Shown here in pieces: positions 12,165 through 25,349 of a DNA stretch of 64,000 nt; the first letter of the stretch is position 1, and every line of letters starts with the position of its first letter. Both the position numbers and the translations under genes were made by a program. Source of the DNA: Mustelus asterias (lineage: Eukaryota); assembly GCF_964213995.1 (NCBI RefSeq), contig NC_135823.1:372001-436000 (forward strand), given 5' to 3'. A model generated the notes under the pieces. The model did not search any database, had not been told where the DNA came from, and saw only the letters and a list, made by a program, of their open reading frames with translations.

Positions 12165-14380
12165 TGGTCTCGCCAATGTACCATGCCTTGGGGTATCCTT
12201 TCCTGCAGGTAGACAATGTTGGCTGAGTCGCAAGAGCATGTACTGTGTACCTGGTGGATGGTACTCTCACGTGAGATGGTGGCATCCATGTTGATGATCC
12301 GGCACATCTTGCACAGTTTGCTGTGGAAATACTCACTGTATGGTGTCGTTGTCACTGTTATCCTGAAGGCTGGCTAGTTTGCTGCGAAAAATGGTCTGTT
12401 TGAGGTTGCGCGGTTGTTTGAAGACAAGTAGTGGGGGTGTGGGGATGGCCTTGGCGAGATGTTCGTCTTCATCAATGACATGTTGAAGGCTCCGGAGAAG
12501 ATGTCGTAGTTTCTCCGCTCCGGGTCAGTACAGGACGATGAAGGGTACTCTGTCCACCGTCTCCCGTGTTTGTCTTCTGAGGAGGTCAGTGCGTTTTTTT
12601 GCTGTGGCGCGTCAGAACTGTCGATCGATGAGTCGAGCGCCATATCCTGTTCTTACAATGGCGTCTTGCGGCAACTGTAGGTTTCTGTTGTGTTCCTTCC
12701 CATCTGAGCAGATTCTCTGTATACGGAGGGCTTGTCCATATGACAACATTCCCCATGACGACGGCATTGCTGCAACTGCCTCAGTACTTAACGCCGACAA
12801 TTGCCAATCTTCAGACGCAATTCTGCAACTCATCTGCTTCATCCTGGACCACAACGTCTTCACCTTCAACAACCAGTTCTTCATTCATACACATGGAACC
12901 GCCATGGGGACCAAATTCGCACCTCAGAATGCCAACGTTTTCATGCACAAGTTCGAACAAGATCTCTTCACCACACAGGACCTTCAATAGATGCGATACA
13001 CTAGATACATCGATGACATTTTCTTCCTTTGGACTCACAGCGAAACATGAGTGAAACAACTACATGATGACATCAACAAGTACCCTCCCACCATTAGACT
13101 CACCATGGACTACTCTCCGGAATCGGTTGCATTCGTGGACACACGCATCTCCATCATGGCCTGTCACCTCAGCACCTCACTGTACCGCAAGCCCACGGAT
13201 AACCTCACGATGCTCCACTTCTTCAGCTTCCACCCTAAATACGTTAAAGAAGCCATCCCCTACGGACAAGTCCTCCGGATACACAGGATCTGCTCAGATG
13301 AGGAGGAACAGAATAGAAACCTACAGACGCTGAAAGATGCCCGCGTAAGAACAGGATATGGTGCTCGACTCATCAGTCAACAGTTCCGAAGCGCCACAGC
13401 GGAAAACCACACCGTCCCCCTCAGAACATACACACGGGACACGGTGGACAGAGTACCCTTCGTTGTCCAGTACTTTCCCGGAGCGGAGAAGCTACGACAT
13501 CTTCTCCGGAGCCTTCAACATGTCATTGATGAAGAGGAACATCTCGCCAAGGCTATCCCCACAGCTCCACTTGCCTTCAAACAACTGCGCAACCTCAAAC
13601 AGACCATTGTTCATAGCAAACTACCCAGCATTCAGGAGGACAGCAACCACAACACAACACAGTCCCGCCACAGCAACCTTGCAAGACGTGATGGATCATC
13701 GACACGGATGTCATCATCTCGCATGAGAACATCATCCACCAGGTACACGCTACCTACTCTTGCGACTCGGCCAACGTAATTTACCTGATATGCTGCAGAA
13801 AAGGATGTCCCGAGGCATGGTACATTGGGGAGACCTTGCAGACGCTGCGACAATGGATGAATGGACACCACTCGATAATCACCAGGCAGGAGTGTTCTCA
13901 TCCTGTCGGAGAACACTTCAGCAATCAAGGGCATTCACCCTCCGATCTTTGGGTAAGCATTCTCCAAGGCGGCCTTCAAGACACACGACAATGCAGAATG
14001 GCCGAACAGAAACTGATAGCCGAGTTCCGCACATATGAAGGTGGCCTCAACCGGGATCTTGTGTTCATGTCACACGACCTGTAACCCCCAGGACTTACCT
14101 GGGCTTGCAAAATCTCACTAACAGTCCTGGCTTGAGACAATTCACACCTCTTTAACCTGTACTTAACCCTCTCTCCACTCACATTGTCTGCACCTGTAAA
14201 GACTTGATTACTTGTAAATACTCGCATTCCAACTATTATCTTGTAAATTGAGTCTGTGTCTATATGCCCTGTTTGTGAACCCAATCCTCCACTCACCTGA
14301 TGAAGGGGCAGTGCTCTGAAAGCTCGTGCTACCAAATAAACCTGTTGGACTTTAACGTGGTGTTGTGAGACTTCTTACTG
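12165..14380 (+). mobile_element. Penelope-like element (RT + GIY-YIG) with inverted 5' segment
   Basis: 12740-14084 encodes GTAMGT, RYIDD, LYRKPT, WYIGET and HPVGEHF. 12165-12739 is a minus-strand segment homologous to about 13260-13835. The 3' pLTR has CTGATGA...GAAA near 14297-14321. Confidence 0.9.
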
Positions 14381-14861
14381 CACTTGATGTGATGAGTATT
14401 GTGAAAAGTCTTTATTATTTCTCTTTTTACAACATAACCTAAGTAGAAAACTTGAATGTGATTACTCTTTCTGTAATAACCAATTTGAAATATCTCAAAA
14501 TTTCATTTGCGTTGCGTTGAAGCAACTCAGAATACTACATGATTTGTGTAGAGAACCTGAATGTTTCATTACTTCCTGTGGTGGCCATTTTGTCATATTT
14601 TTCATGATCTTTGAGATATTTTATGAATAAGAAATTGGAAAAAATATTTTTTCCACGGTGTGTTCTGATTTTTAATCTTTTGACTTGAAGCCGAGGTTTG
14701 ATCCATAGTGTAGGAATTGTGTGTTTTGGAGGAAGATCTGACCTCAGAGCTATTGTTGCAACCTAGTTCCTGATGGAGGGATTCCCTGCCCATATCTGTG
14801 TCCTTTGTAGATATACTGCTAACATCTGTCGCAATGCCAACCATATTATGATTATAGCATG

Positions 14862-16934
14862 TGTTATGGTTCGGGTCAGAAACGCCAAAGTCTTTCATGA
14901 AGCCCACCTGAATCATAAGTTTTGCATTTTCAATTTGGCTCGGATAAGCGTGAGATGTTTCATAAGAACATAAGAACGAGGAGCAGGAACAGGCCATCTG
15001 GCCCCTCGAGCCTGCTCCGCCATTCAATAAGATCATGGCTGATCTTTTTGTGGACTCAGCTCCACTGACCCGCCTGCTCACCATAACCCTTACTTCCTTT
15101 ACTGTTCAAAAATGTATCTATCCTTGCCTTAAAAAATCATTCAATGAGGTAGCCTCAACTGCTTCACGGGGCAGGGAATTCCACAGATTCACAACCCTTT
15201 GTGTGAAGAAGTTCCTCCTCAACTCAGTCCTAAATCTGCTTCCCCTTATTTTGAGGCTATGCCCCCTAGTTCTAGTTTCACCCGCCTGTGGAAACAACTT
15301 CCCTGCTTCTATCTTAACTATTCCCTTCATAACCTTACATGTTTCTATAAGATCACCCCTCATTCTTCTGAATTCCAATGAGTATAGCCCCAGTCTACTC
15401 AGTCTCTCCTCATAAGCCAACCCTCCCAATTCCGGAATCAACCTGGTGAATCTCCTCTGCACCCTCTCCAGTGCCAGTATATCCTTTCTCAAGTAAGGAG
15501 ACCAAAACTGTACACAGTACTCCAGATGTGGCCTCACCAGCACCTTATCCAGCTGGAACATAATCTCGCTGTTTTTAAACTCCATCCCTCTAGCAATGAA
15601 GGACAAAATTCCATTTGCTTTCTTTGCGGCACGGTAGCACAGTGGTTAGCACTGCTGCTTCACAGCTCCAGGGTCCCGGTTTCGATTCCCGGCTCGGGTC
15701 ACTGTCTGTGTAGAGTTTGTACATTCTCCTCGGGTCTGCGTGGGTCCGGGTGCTCCGGTTTCCTCCCACAGTCCAAAGATGTGCGGGTTAGGTTGATTGG
15801 CCAGGTTAAAAATTGGCCCTTAGATTCCCGGGATGCGTAGGTTAGAGGGATTAGCGGGTAAATATGTGGGGGTAGAGCCTGGGTGGGATTGTGGTCGGTG
15901 CAGACTCGATGGGCCGAATGGCCTCCTGCTGCACTGTCGGGTTTCTATGATTTTTTAATTACCTGCTGCACCTGCAAACCAACTCCTTGTGATTCTTGCA
16001 CAAGGACATCCAGGTCCCTCTGCACAGCAGCATGCTGCAATTTTTTACCATTTAAATAATAGTCAATTTTACTATTATTCCTACCAAAATGGATGACTTC
16101 ACGTTTACCAACATTGTACTCCATCTGCCAGACCCTCGCCCACTCACTTAGATTATCTATATCCCTTTGCAGACTTTCAGCGTCCTCTGCACACTTTGCT
16201 CTGCCACTCATCTTCGTGTCATCTGCGAATTTTGACACACTGCACTTGGTCCCCAACTCCAAATCATCGATGTAAATCGGAAACAATTGCGGTCCCAGCA
16301 CTGATCCCTGAGGCACACCAGGTTTTCCTTCAGGAGTATTCAAAGACCCACTTGGGAGCTTTTATCAAACAAAGTTTAGGTAAGAATATAGTTGACATGT
16401 ATAGTAAGCAAAGTAGCAAGAACTTTTACAATTACAAAGAAGAAACAAAGCAACCATTACAATGTATAACCCTTAATGAACATAGATAGGCTTTCCCAAT
16501 GCAAACCAAAACCTGGCATTAACAAAACACGCTTTTCACAGGTTTAACAGCACAGACTAATGCTCACGTGACTAATGATAATTTGCGTCCCTTCGTTGAA
16601 ATCTGCAGTTCTCTGGATTCACTCCAAACAGTTTGAAGACAAGGCAGCTTCCCAAAACAGCAGAGAGACTCGTCCAGCTGCCAACAACATCAGATTTCCA
16701 CCTTTCTGGAAATGCAACAGAACTTTCAAAACAATATGGAGAGAGGGAAAACATTTCTTTTTAGCTTGCTGTTCCTTCAAAAACTCAACTCCAACCTGGA
16801 GCTCCAAACTGAAACTGAAAATGAAATCCCTATCACCTGATGTGCCCATATTTTTTTCTCCTTCCAACAATAAAATCACGTCAGGCTGTCAGCAAAAATT
16901 TATAGAAAATTCTTAAAGGTACACTCACATCACA
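14862..16934. mobile_element. Solo LTR (Gypsy-like) carrying a CR1 insertion
   Basis: TGTTA...TCACA termini with a perfect 4-bp TSD, CATG (14858-14861 and 16935-16938). Similar at both ends to 42956-43738. Confidence 0.7.
14960..16320 (-). mobile_element. CR1 LINE fragment nested in a solo LTR, itself split by a SINE (15626-15950)
   Basis: ORFs 15118-15606 and 15945-16343 ([21 protein letters not shown]). Confidence 0.92.
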
Positions 16935-17461
16935 CATGCAACTTCCAGGGTCGTAAAATGTGAAGTATATGGGAGTTGGTTTGAGGACTCTGGGTCTTTA
17001 CTCAATGGAGTTTAGAAGGATGAGGGGGATCTCATTGAACCTCACCAAATTCTGAAAGGCCTGGATAGGGTGGACATAGGGAAGATGGTTCCATTAGTAG
17101 GAGAGGCTGGGATCCGAGGGCACAGCCTCAGAGTAAAGGGACGACTCTTTAGAACCGAGATGAGGAGGAATTTCTTCAGCTCGAGGGTGGTGAATCTGGG
17201 GAATTCATGGCCACAGAGGCCAGGTCATTTAAGACAAACATAGATAGGTTCTTGATTGGAAAGGGGATCAAAGGTTACGAGGGAAAGGCGGGAGAATGGG
17301 GATGAGAGACCTATCAACCATGATTGAATGGTGGAGCAGACCCGATGGGCTGAATGGCCTAATTCTGCTGATACATCTTATAGTCTTATGGTCTTTTTCT
17401 ATGTAGATATTTTTATTTCCCTAATCCATTGTTTTCACAGCATAATAAGTAAACGTTGAGT

Positions 17462-18140
17462 CAGAGAGAGAGAATGAGGCAGAGCAGGTGAAATAGAGAG
17501 TGAGAAAGAGAGCGAGACAGAGGGAGAAAGAGAGAGAGAGAGAGGGGAGAGATAGAAAGAGGGGGAGCCAGAGATAGAGATACGAGGCTGAGAGAGACAG
17601 AGTGAGAGAGACAGATAGAGAGAAAGAAAGAGAGATAGAGAGAGAGACAGACAGAAAGATAGAGAGAGAGACATAGAAAGAGAGACAGAGAAAGCCAGTG
17701 AGAAGGAGAGGGAGCGAGAAAGAGAGAGAAAGAAAGAGAGTGAGAGAGAGGGAGAGAGAGCAAGAGAGAGTTAGACAGAGAAAGAGATAGGGAGAGAGAG
17801 AGAGAGACCGAGAGAGGGAGATAGAGAGATAAAGTGAGACAGAGAGAGGGAGAGAGAGAAAGACACAGAGGCAGCCAAAGGAAGAGAGAGAGAGATAGCG
17901 GGAGATGGACAGAGAGAGAGAGAAAGAGAAAGAGAGGGACAGAGCGAGCGAGAAAGAGAGTGAGACAGCGAGAGAAACAGAGAAAGCCAGTGAGAGGGAC
18001 AGAGCGAGAGAGCTGGGGTGGGAGGGAAAACGTTAGACAGAGAGACAGAGGGAGAGACAGAGAGAGAGAGGTGTAGAGAGAAAGAGAGAGCGAGAGACAG
18101 CGAGACAAACAGACAGACAGAGAGACACGCGGAGAGAAGA
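17462..18140. repeat. Long degenerate (GA)n polypurine tract
   Basis: Direct inspection. Confidence 0.92.
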
Positions 18141-18659
18141 AACTGGCGGAAACAAAGTCTCTGAATGTTTTTGAAAGTGTTTTCCTTGGACGTTTGATAG
18201 ATTCTTGATAATTGGCAGGAACGTGGCGTTGAATTTACAATCAGGTTAGCCCCGATATGATTGACTGGGTGAGCAGGCGCGAAGAGGTGATGGCCTAATC
18301 CTTTTCTGAGTTCATATGTTCATATCCAGATATTGTTTTTACTGATGTTGCTTGAGGGAGAAATATGTCCACAAGTGGACCCACTCTGGCAGTCCTGCTC
18401 ACAGTGACCATGATGTGGCCACTCACCTGAAGAAGGGGCTCAGAGCCTCGAAAGCTTGTGTGGCTTTTGCTACCAAATAAACCTGTTGGACTTTAACCTG
18501 GTGTTGTTAAACTTCTTACAGTGACCATGACATACTTTAAATTCCAGGTGATTAGACACGGGACTTTTGTTTCAATTGATTGGAGAATATTGACATGTGA
18601 TTCATTATGATCAGCTGTAAATAACCCACTCCTTCAGCATGAGGTTAGTGATTGAAGAC

Positions 18660-20845
18660 AGAGATTGAGTCTGGTGAACTGGTGCGGCGATAATAATCTC
18701 TCTTTCAGTGTCAACAAAACGGAGAAGATAGTCATCGATTTCAGGAAGCGTAGTGGAGGACATGCCCTTGTCTACATCAATGGGGACGAAGTTGAAATGG
18801 TCGAGAGCTTAAACTTCCCAGGTGCCCAGATCACCAACAACCTGTCCTGCTCCCCCCATGCTGATGCTATAGTTAATAAAGCCGAACAATACCTCTACTT
18901 TCCCGGGAGACGGTGGCATGCCTGCTACAACCCTCACCAACGTTTCCAGGGTGTAGAACATAGAACATTACAGCGCAGTACAGGCCCTTCGGCCCTCGAC
19001 GTTGCGCCGACCAGTGAAACCAATCTAAAGCCCCTCTAACCTATACTGTTCCAATATCATCCGTATGTTTATCAAATAATCATTTGAATGCTCTTAATGT
19101 TGACGAGTCCACTACTGCTGCAGGCAGGGCATTCCACGCCATTACTACTCTCTGAGTAAAGAACCTACCTCTAACATCTGTCCTATATCTCTCACCCCTC
19201 AATTTAAAGCTATGTCCCCTCGTGTTAGCCATCACCATCTGAGGAAAAAGGTTCTCACTATCCACCCTATCTAATCCTCTGATCATCTTGTATGCCTCTA
19301 TTAAGTCACGTCTTAACCTTCTCTCTAACGAAAACAACCTCAAGCCCCTCAGCCTTTCCTCATACGATTTTCCCACCATACCAGGCAACATCCTGGTAAA
19401 TCTCCTCTGCACCCTTTCCAACATTTCCACATCCTTCCTATAATGCGGCGTCCAGAACTGTATGCAATACTCCAAGTGCGGCCGCACCAGAGTTTTGTAC
19501 AGTTGCAACATGACCTCCTGGCTCCGAAACTCAATCCCTCGACCAATGAAAGCTAACACACCATACGCCTTCTTAACAACCCTATCAACCTGGGTGCCAA
19601 CCTTCAGGGATCTATGCACATGGACACCCAGATCCCTCTGTTCATCCACATACCAAGTATCTTACCATTAGCCCAGTACTCTGTATTCCTGTTACTCCTT
19701 CCAAAGTGAATCACTTCGCACTTTTCCGCAATAAACTCCATTTGCCACCTCTCAGGTGTACCATAGAAAGCATCCTTTTCGGATGTATCACGGCTTGGTA
19801 TGGCTCCTGCTCTGCCCAAAATCGTAAGAAATTACAAAATATTGTGAACGTAGCCCAGACCATCACACAAACCAGCCTCCAATCCATTGAATTTGTCTAC
19901 ACTTCCCGCTGCCTCTGGAAAAGCATGATGAGGAGATGCCGGCGTTGGACTGGGGTAAACACAGGAAGAAGTTTAACAACACCAGGTTTAAGTCCAACAG
20001 GTTTATTTGGTAGCAAAAGCCACACAAGCTTTCGGAGCTCCAAGCCCCTTCTTCAGGTGAGTGGAAATTCTGTTCACAAACAGAGCATATAAAGACACCG
20101 ACTCAATTTACATGAATAATGGTTGGAATGCGAATACTTACAGCCAATCATGTCTTTAAGATACAAACAATGTGAGTGGAGAGAGCATCAAGACAGGCTA
20201 AAAAGATGTGTATTGTTTCCAGACAGGACAGCCAGTGAAACTCTGCAGGTCCAGGCAGGCTGTGGGGGTTACAAATAGTGTGACATGAACACAATATCCC
20301 GGTTGAGGCCGTCCTCATGTGTGCAGAACTTGGCTATCAGTTTCTGCTCAGCGACTCTGCGCCATCGTTTGTCGTGAAGGCCGCCTTGGAGAACACTTAC
20401 CCGAATACTCGGGTAACTCGGGAAAAGCAGCCAGCATAACTAAGGACGCCACGCATCCCGGACATTCTCTCTTCCACCTTCTTCCGTCCGGAAAAACATA
20501 CAAAAGTCTGAGGTCATGTACCAACCGATTCAAGAACAGCTTCTTCCCTGCTGCCATCAGACTTTTGAATGGACCTCCCTCGCATTAAGTTGATCTTTCG
20601 CTACACCCTAACTATGACTGTAACACTACATTCTGTACTCTCTCCTTTGCTTCTCCCCATGTACTCTATGAACAGTCTGCCTTGTCTGTAAAGCACACAA
20701 GAAACAATACTTTTTCGACACTCTATCTGACTGTGACACTACATTCTCGACCTTCTCCTTTACTTCTGCCCTCTGTACTCTATGAACAATATGCCTTGTC
20801 TGTTTAGCGCTCAAGAAGCAAAACCTTTCACTGTATCCCAAGTAT
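18660..20845 (+). mobile_element. Rex1/Babar LINE fragment split by CR1 (18955-19752, -) and Penelope insertions
   Basis: [38 protein letters not shown] and HPGHSLF..LPSG..NSFFP pieces, colinear around the insertions. Confidence 0.85.
19925..20410 (-). mobile_element. Penelope-like 3' end/pLTR fragment nested in Rex1
   Basis: Same pLTR terminus (CCAGGTT.AAGTCCAACAGGTTTATTTGG), a hammerhead-like core and the ORF C-terminal end. Confidence 0.8.
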
Positions 20846-20960
20846 AAACGGGAGCAACTGTCTGCTCCCTCAATCGTGCGAACCCTGCAAAGGCATCATT
20901 CTAATTGAGGAGTGAGGATGACACAAACTACAAAGAGATACCCAGGGCAGTGAGGAGCGG

Positions 20961-22950
20961 ATGGTCTTTTTGCTGTTTTCCACATACCAGCTTTTCTCTT
21001 CGGTAACTCGTCATCTGCGCTGGAAAACATGGTGGAAATGTACGTTTTGCAGATACTACGTGCAGTGGTTAAGAACTGGAAAATTCAGCGCTGTGTTTAT
21101 TTTGTCTCAGCGCTTCCCGTTTATAGTTCAGGAGCCCGCTCATACCTCTGTCCGCCAAGACAAACACCTCACAGCTTATGCTTCACTGGGCGCTTCAGAC
21201 TGTTCAAACTGAGGAGAAAAGGCAAAGTCTATTTATTTTTTTATTAGTCACAAGTAGGCTTACATTCACACTACAATGAAGTTACTGTGAAAATACCCTT
21301 GTCGCCATATTCCAGCTCCTGTTCGGGTAACACTGAGGGAGAATTTAGCTTGGCAAGTTCACCTCACCTGCACATCTTTCGGACCATAGGAGGAAACCGG
21401 AGCAACCGCAGGAAAACCGAAACCCACGCAGATACGGGAGAGTGTGCAAACTCCACACAGACAGTGACCCGAGGCCGGGAATCGAACCTGGCGCTGTGAG
21501 GCAGCAGTGCCAACCACTGTGCCGCCGTGCCGCCCTTTGTTGGGCAGCGTGGATAATTTGCTGAACTCAACAGCATGACTGGTTGCGTCATTCACCTGAG
21601 CACAGGGGATAGCACTCTAATACAGAGTGTTGCGTTGAATTCATTCCGGATATCTTCATTTATTTTGTTTTGAACCAGAAGGTGTCAGATTGAAGATAAC
21701 ACGAAAGAGGAGTGAACCTTTCAGTTATTGTTTCACCTGCTGTCTGTTTCCCTGTCTATCTCTCTGTGGCATAATTATCCTCTTACTCGATGGAGCATGG
21801 ACAATCTGCTCCAGGCTGTTATCCTTCACATTAAACGCAACCACGTGGGACGCAATGGCCTAGTGGCATTATCACTGGACTTAATCCAGAAACTCAGCTA
21901 ATGAGGCATAGATCGGGTGGACTCTCAGAGGCTTTTTCCCAGGGTGGAAATGGCTGCTACGAGAGGACACAGGTTTAAGGTGCTGGGGGGTAGGTACAGG
22001 GGAAATGTTAGGGGGAGGTTTTTCACACAGAGTGTGGTGGGCGAGTGGGATCGGCTGCCGTCAGCGGTGGTGGAGGCAAACTCAATAGGGTCTTTTAAGA
22101 GACTCCTGGATTAGTACATGGGACTTAATAGGATGGAGGGCTATAGGTAGGCCTAAAAGGTAGGGATATGTTCGGCACAACTTGTGGGGCCGAAAGGCCT
22201 GTTTTGTGCTGTTGTTTTCTATGTTTCTATTCTTCTAATATTCTGGGTGCCCGGGTTCGAATCCCGCCACGGCAGAGAATGGAATTTAAATTTAATAAAA
22301 AAGTATCTGGAATTAAGAATCTACCATTTACAATGGTTAGCACTGTTGCCTAACAGTGCCAGCGCTACTGTTGCCTAACCCGAGTTGAATTCTGGCCTCG
22401 GGTCACTCTCTGTGTCGAGTTGGCACACTTTCCCCATGTCGGCGTGGGTTTCCACCGGGTGCTCCAGTTTCTTCACACAGTCCTAAAATGTGCAGGTTAA
22501 GTTGATTGACCATATTAAATTCCCGGTAGTGTCAGGGGGATTAGCAATGTAAGAACATGATGTTCAGGGGAGAAGACCTGGGTGGGATTGTTGTGGTGCT
22601 GGCTCGATGGGCAGAAAGGCCTCCTTCTGCACTGCAGGGATTCTATGAATGTTGATCTGTTCATTATTCCTCAAACAAAGAAGAGGAATAATCTGGAACC
22701 CCGACCCTCAAATAGTTGCTAAGAAAGTTGGGGTGGCGGTCATTGAAAACTACCAGAATTTAGATGTTGTTCGGTAATACGATGGAGGTTTATTGAATGG
22801 AACAGCGTGGATGCAGTTAATACAGATCAGTCAAGACAGACCAAACTCACCGAGTGGCTGAATGGACTCCACCTGCCCCAGTGTTCTTGTGGATACAGCA
22901 GTGTATTCCAAGGCAAATTTAGGACTGATGCCAGGAGCCTATCACACAGG
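20961..22950 (+). pseudogene. Highly decayed leader-VJ-C1 relic interrupted by SINE/CR1 insertions
   Basis: Motifs occur in the expected order across frameshifts: leader-like MVFLLFSTYQLFSS|GT; acceptor at 21110 with IVQEPAHTSVR; GSVDNLLNSTA*L; LSTGDSTL; GVRLKIT; C1-like TICS..GCYPSH..TTW (21801-21848); TEWLNG (22849-22866). Confidence 0.35.
21225..21535 (-). mobile_element. HE1-type SINE
   Basis: Near full-length match to other copies in the window. Confidence 0.85.
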
Positions 22951-24998
22951 AAGTGATCGGCATTGAGAATGGTTTTCTGGGTAGAGTGAATTGGGGGATA
23001 ATTCAATGAAACCCCTGCATTCCTCAAGAAACAATTGTCCTGGTGGATGAGAAGTTTAAATCCTCATGGGGTGGATGGACTGTCTTGAGCACAATAACTT
23101 TTCCCATTTTGAAAATCCCCTTCGTTGAAAGGTCAGTCACGAGGGGACATAGATTCAAGGTGAGGGGTAGGAAGGTTGAGGGGGGTGTGAGGAAAATATT
23201 TTTCACTCAGAGGGTGGTGAGGGTCTGGAATGCGCTGGCCGGGAGGGTGGTAGATGCGCGTTGCCTCACATCTTTTAAAAAGGACCCGGATAAGCACTTG
23301 ACACATCATACCATTCAAGGCTACGGGCCAAGTGTTGGTAGATGGGATTTGGCGGGAGTTCAGGTCTCGGTGCAGACTCGATGGGCCGAAAGGCCTCTTT
23401 TGCACTCCATGATTCTATGATTCTGCATAATGTACACATGGCTTCAAATACTCTTCGCAATTTCTGTGCAGAATGATTTTTTGGACCAGTGCCAAGCGGT
23501 GTGCATTTGAAAATGTGTCTACGCGTTTGTATCAGGAATTGTCCAAGGTTCTATATTATTTCAGAGAATAACAATTATCCAATTATCCAAAAATCATCAC
23601 ACGACATTCGAGATTCTTAATAGTTATGATATTAAAAATATCATGGGGATATGTCGTACCGTGTCAGTGAAAAATCATCTGAAATTTACTCACTCGTTTG
23701 CCTAATCTTCTAACGTGACTGAATAATTGACGTTTGCAAAGTTCGCCAGCAAATCTGTTGCATTCAAAGCCAATGGGTTATGCTTCAAGCTGTATGGATT
23801 TTATTTATTCATTAGTGGGACATGGGCGTCGCTGGTTGGTCAGCATTTATTGCCCATCCCTAGTTGCCATTGGAGGGCAGTTGAGAGTCAACCACATTGC
23901 TGTGGCTCTGAAGTCACATGTTGGCCAGACCGGGTAAGGAGGCAGATTTCTTTCCCCAAAGGATATTAGTGAACCAGGTGTTTTTTTTTGGGACAATCGC
24001 CAATCGTCATCAGTAGATTCTTAATCCCAGAGTTTGTTTTTTATTTAATCTAAATTTCACCACCTGCCGTGGTGGGATACGAACCCTGGTCCCCATTAGC
24101 TAACTTTCTGGATTATGAGTCTCGCGATCATACCACTAGGCTTCCGCCTCCGCATTCAGGGAGGAACATTTACTAGGAATTAAGAAAAAAAAAATCACCA
24201 TTAAAATGGTGATGTGGTGAAAGATGAATCATTCTCAAGGGCATTGGGAAAAAGCCAAGAGTTTAGACTAAATTGATGGTTCAAACAAATGACACTGGCT
24301 TGACGGGCAGAATGGCCTCTTTCTGGGCTGGAAATTGCCACAGTTCTCAGCTTCGAGTCTATAAAATCCATTTACCCGGTGTTCAGACGGGAATATGGAT
24401 TGCAGATAATGTTCTTTCAGGATTAAATATATCAGTGCCCAATACCAGGATACATCCAGTTAAGGCTCGGGACACATTTAATCTTGCAGATTTCATATTC
24501 ATGCAGACGAAATCCTGAACCAATTACTAACCTGCCTGGTCAGCCCTTAATCCCATCTCCAACGCACACACACATCCTAAAAATGTCTGTAAATTAGCTG
24601 AAGAGCCACCGGAAACATATTTGTTCTAAACCCTTATAGAAACCGGAATCACGCAGCTTACATTTGGTATTCAAAACCTGTTTCAATATTTAGATGACTC
24701 CGGCAAAGATATATTTTGAATTATTTCTTGCACAGTTACAGTAGAAAATGCAGAATAGAATTTCAAAAACCGCTATGAGAAATTAGAAGCATGGAGAGGT
24801 GAAATTGCACTGCAGACGATATTCTGTCATAGGATGGCGGACATGAAGAGAAAATTCATTTTCCGGTTTGGGCGCCATCATACTATAGAGCCACCAATCC
24901 GCCTGAATTTCCACCGGCTGCACTTTCGGAATTTCCCCTGTAACAAGAAGAATGTTTCTAAAGCACTAGACATCCGGTGAGTTCTCTCTCCCCTCGAG

Positions 24999-25043
24999 TT
25001 AGAGTTTTGGATCCTCGTTAAAGGCCAGGCGAGCGTAAAGCGT
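24999..25043 (-). CDS. Candidate terminal cytoplasmic exon with ITSM/ITIM-like tyrosine motif (TLYARLAFNEDPKL*)
   Basis: Good acceptor ttttcatccacAG; the phase-0 reading gives TxYxxL then a stop. It is the first non-repeat sequence downstream of the gap on gene A's strand. Linkage across the gap is unproven. Confidence 0.55.
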   Translation of the reverse strand, partial: TLYARLAFNEDPKL

Positions 25044-25349
25044 CTGTGGATGAAAAGTGATCAGTTCGTGCAATCCACACCATTATTATAGGGATGGGCG
25101 AGACCATTCAGTCCCCCGCTCCACCCCTCCCCCTCCCCGCCCCCCCCCCCCCCCCCACCCCCGCACTCTATTCAATCGGTTCATGGCTTAAAGGGAGCTC
25201 AACTCACAGTCACCCACCAATATTGAATAATCCTTAATCCACTCCCTAATGTAAATTTAACTGTCGCAGTTTTGAGAGTTCCAATTGCCCAATGTTCTAT
25301 ATAGCTTTTTAGTGACCAGAATTCCGCCCCGCGTTCTGTCAAGAAGTGT

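Noticed and set aside
14571-14583. ACTTCCTGTGGT ETS/RUNX overlapping motif
   Set aside because: An isolated short motif with no supported gene start nearby.
17435-18108. Long ORFs rich in SL/RE, TH/CV or PS/DG (also 3.1-3.6, 8.6-9.2, 57.2-57.9 and 61.1-61.8 kb)
   Set aside because: Translations of simple repeats.
24783-24937. Alternative minus-strand terminal exon GEIPKVQPVEIQADWWLYS...
   Set aside because: A plausible acceptor, but no recognisable motif. More likely the 3' UTR of the TLYARL exon; it cannot be decided without transcripts.
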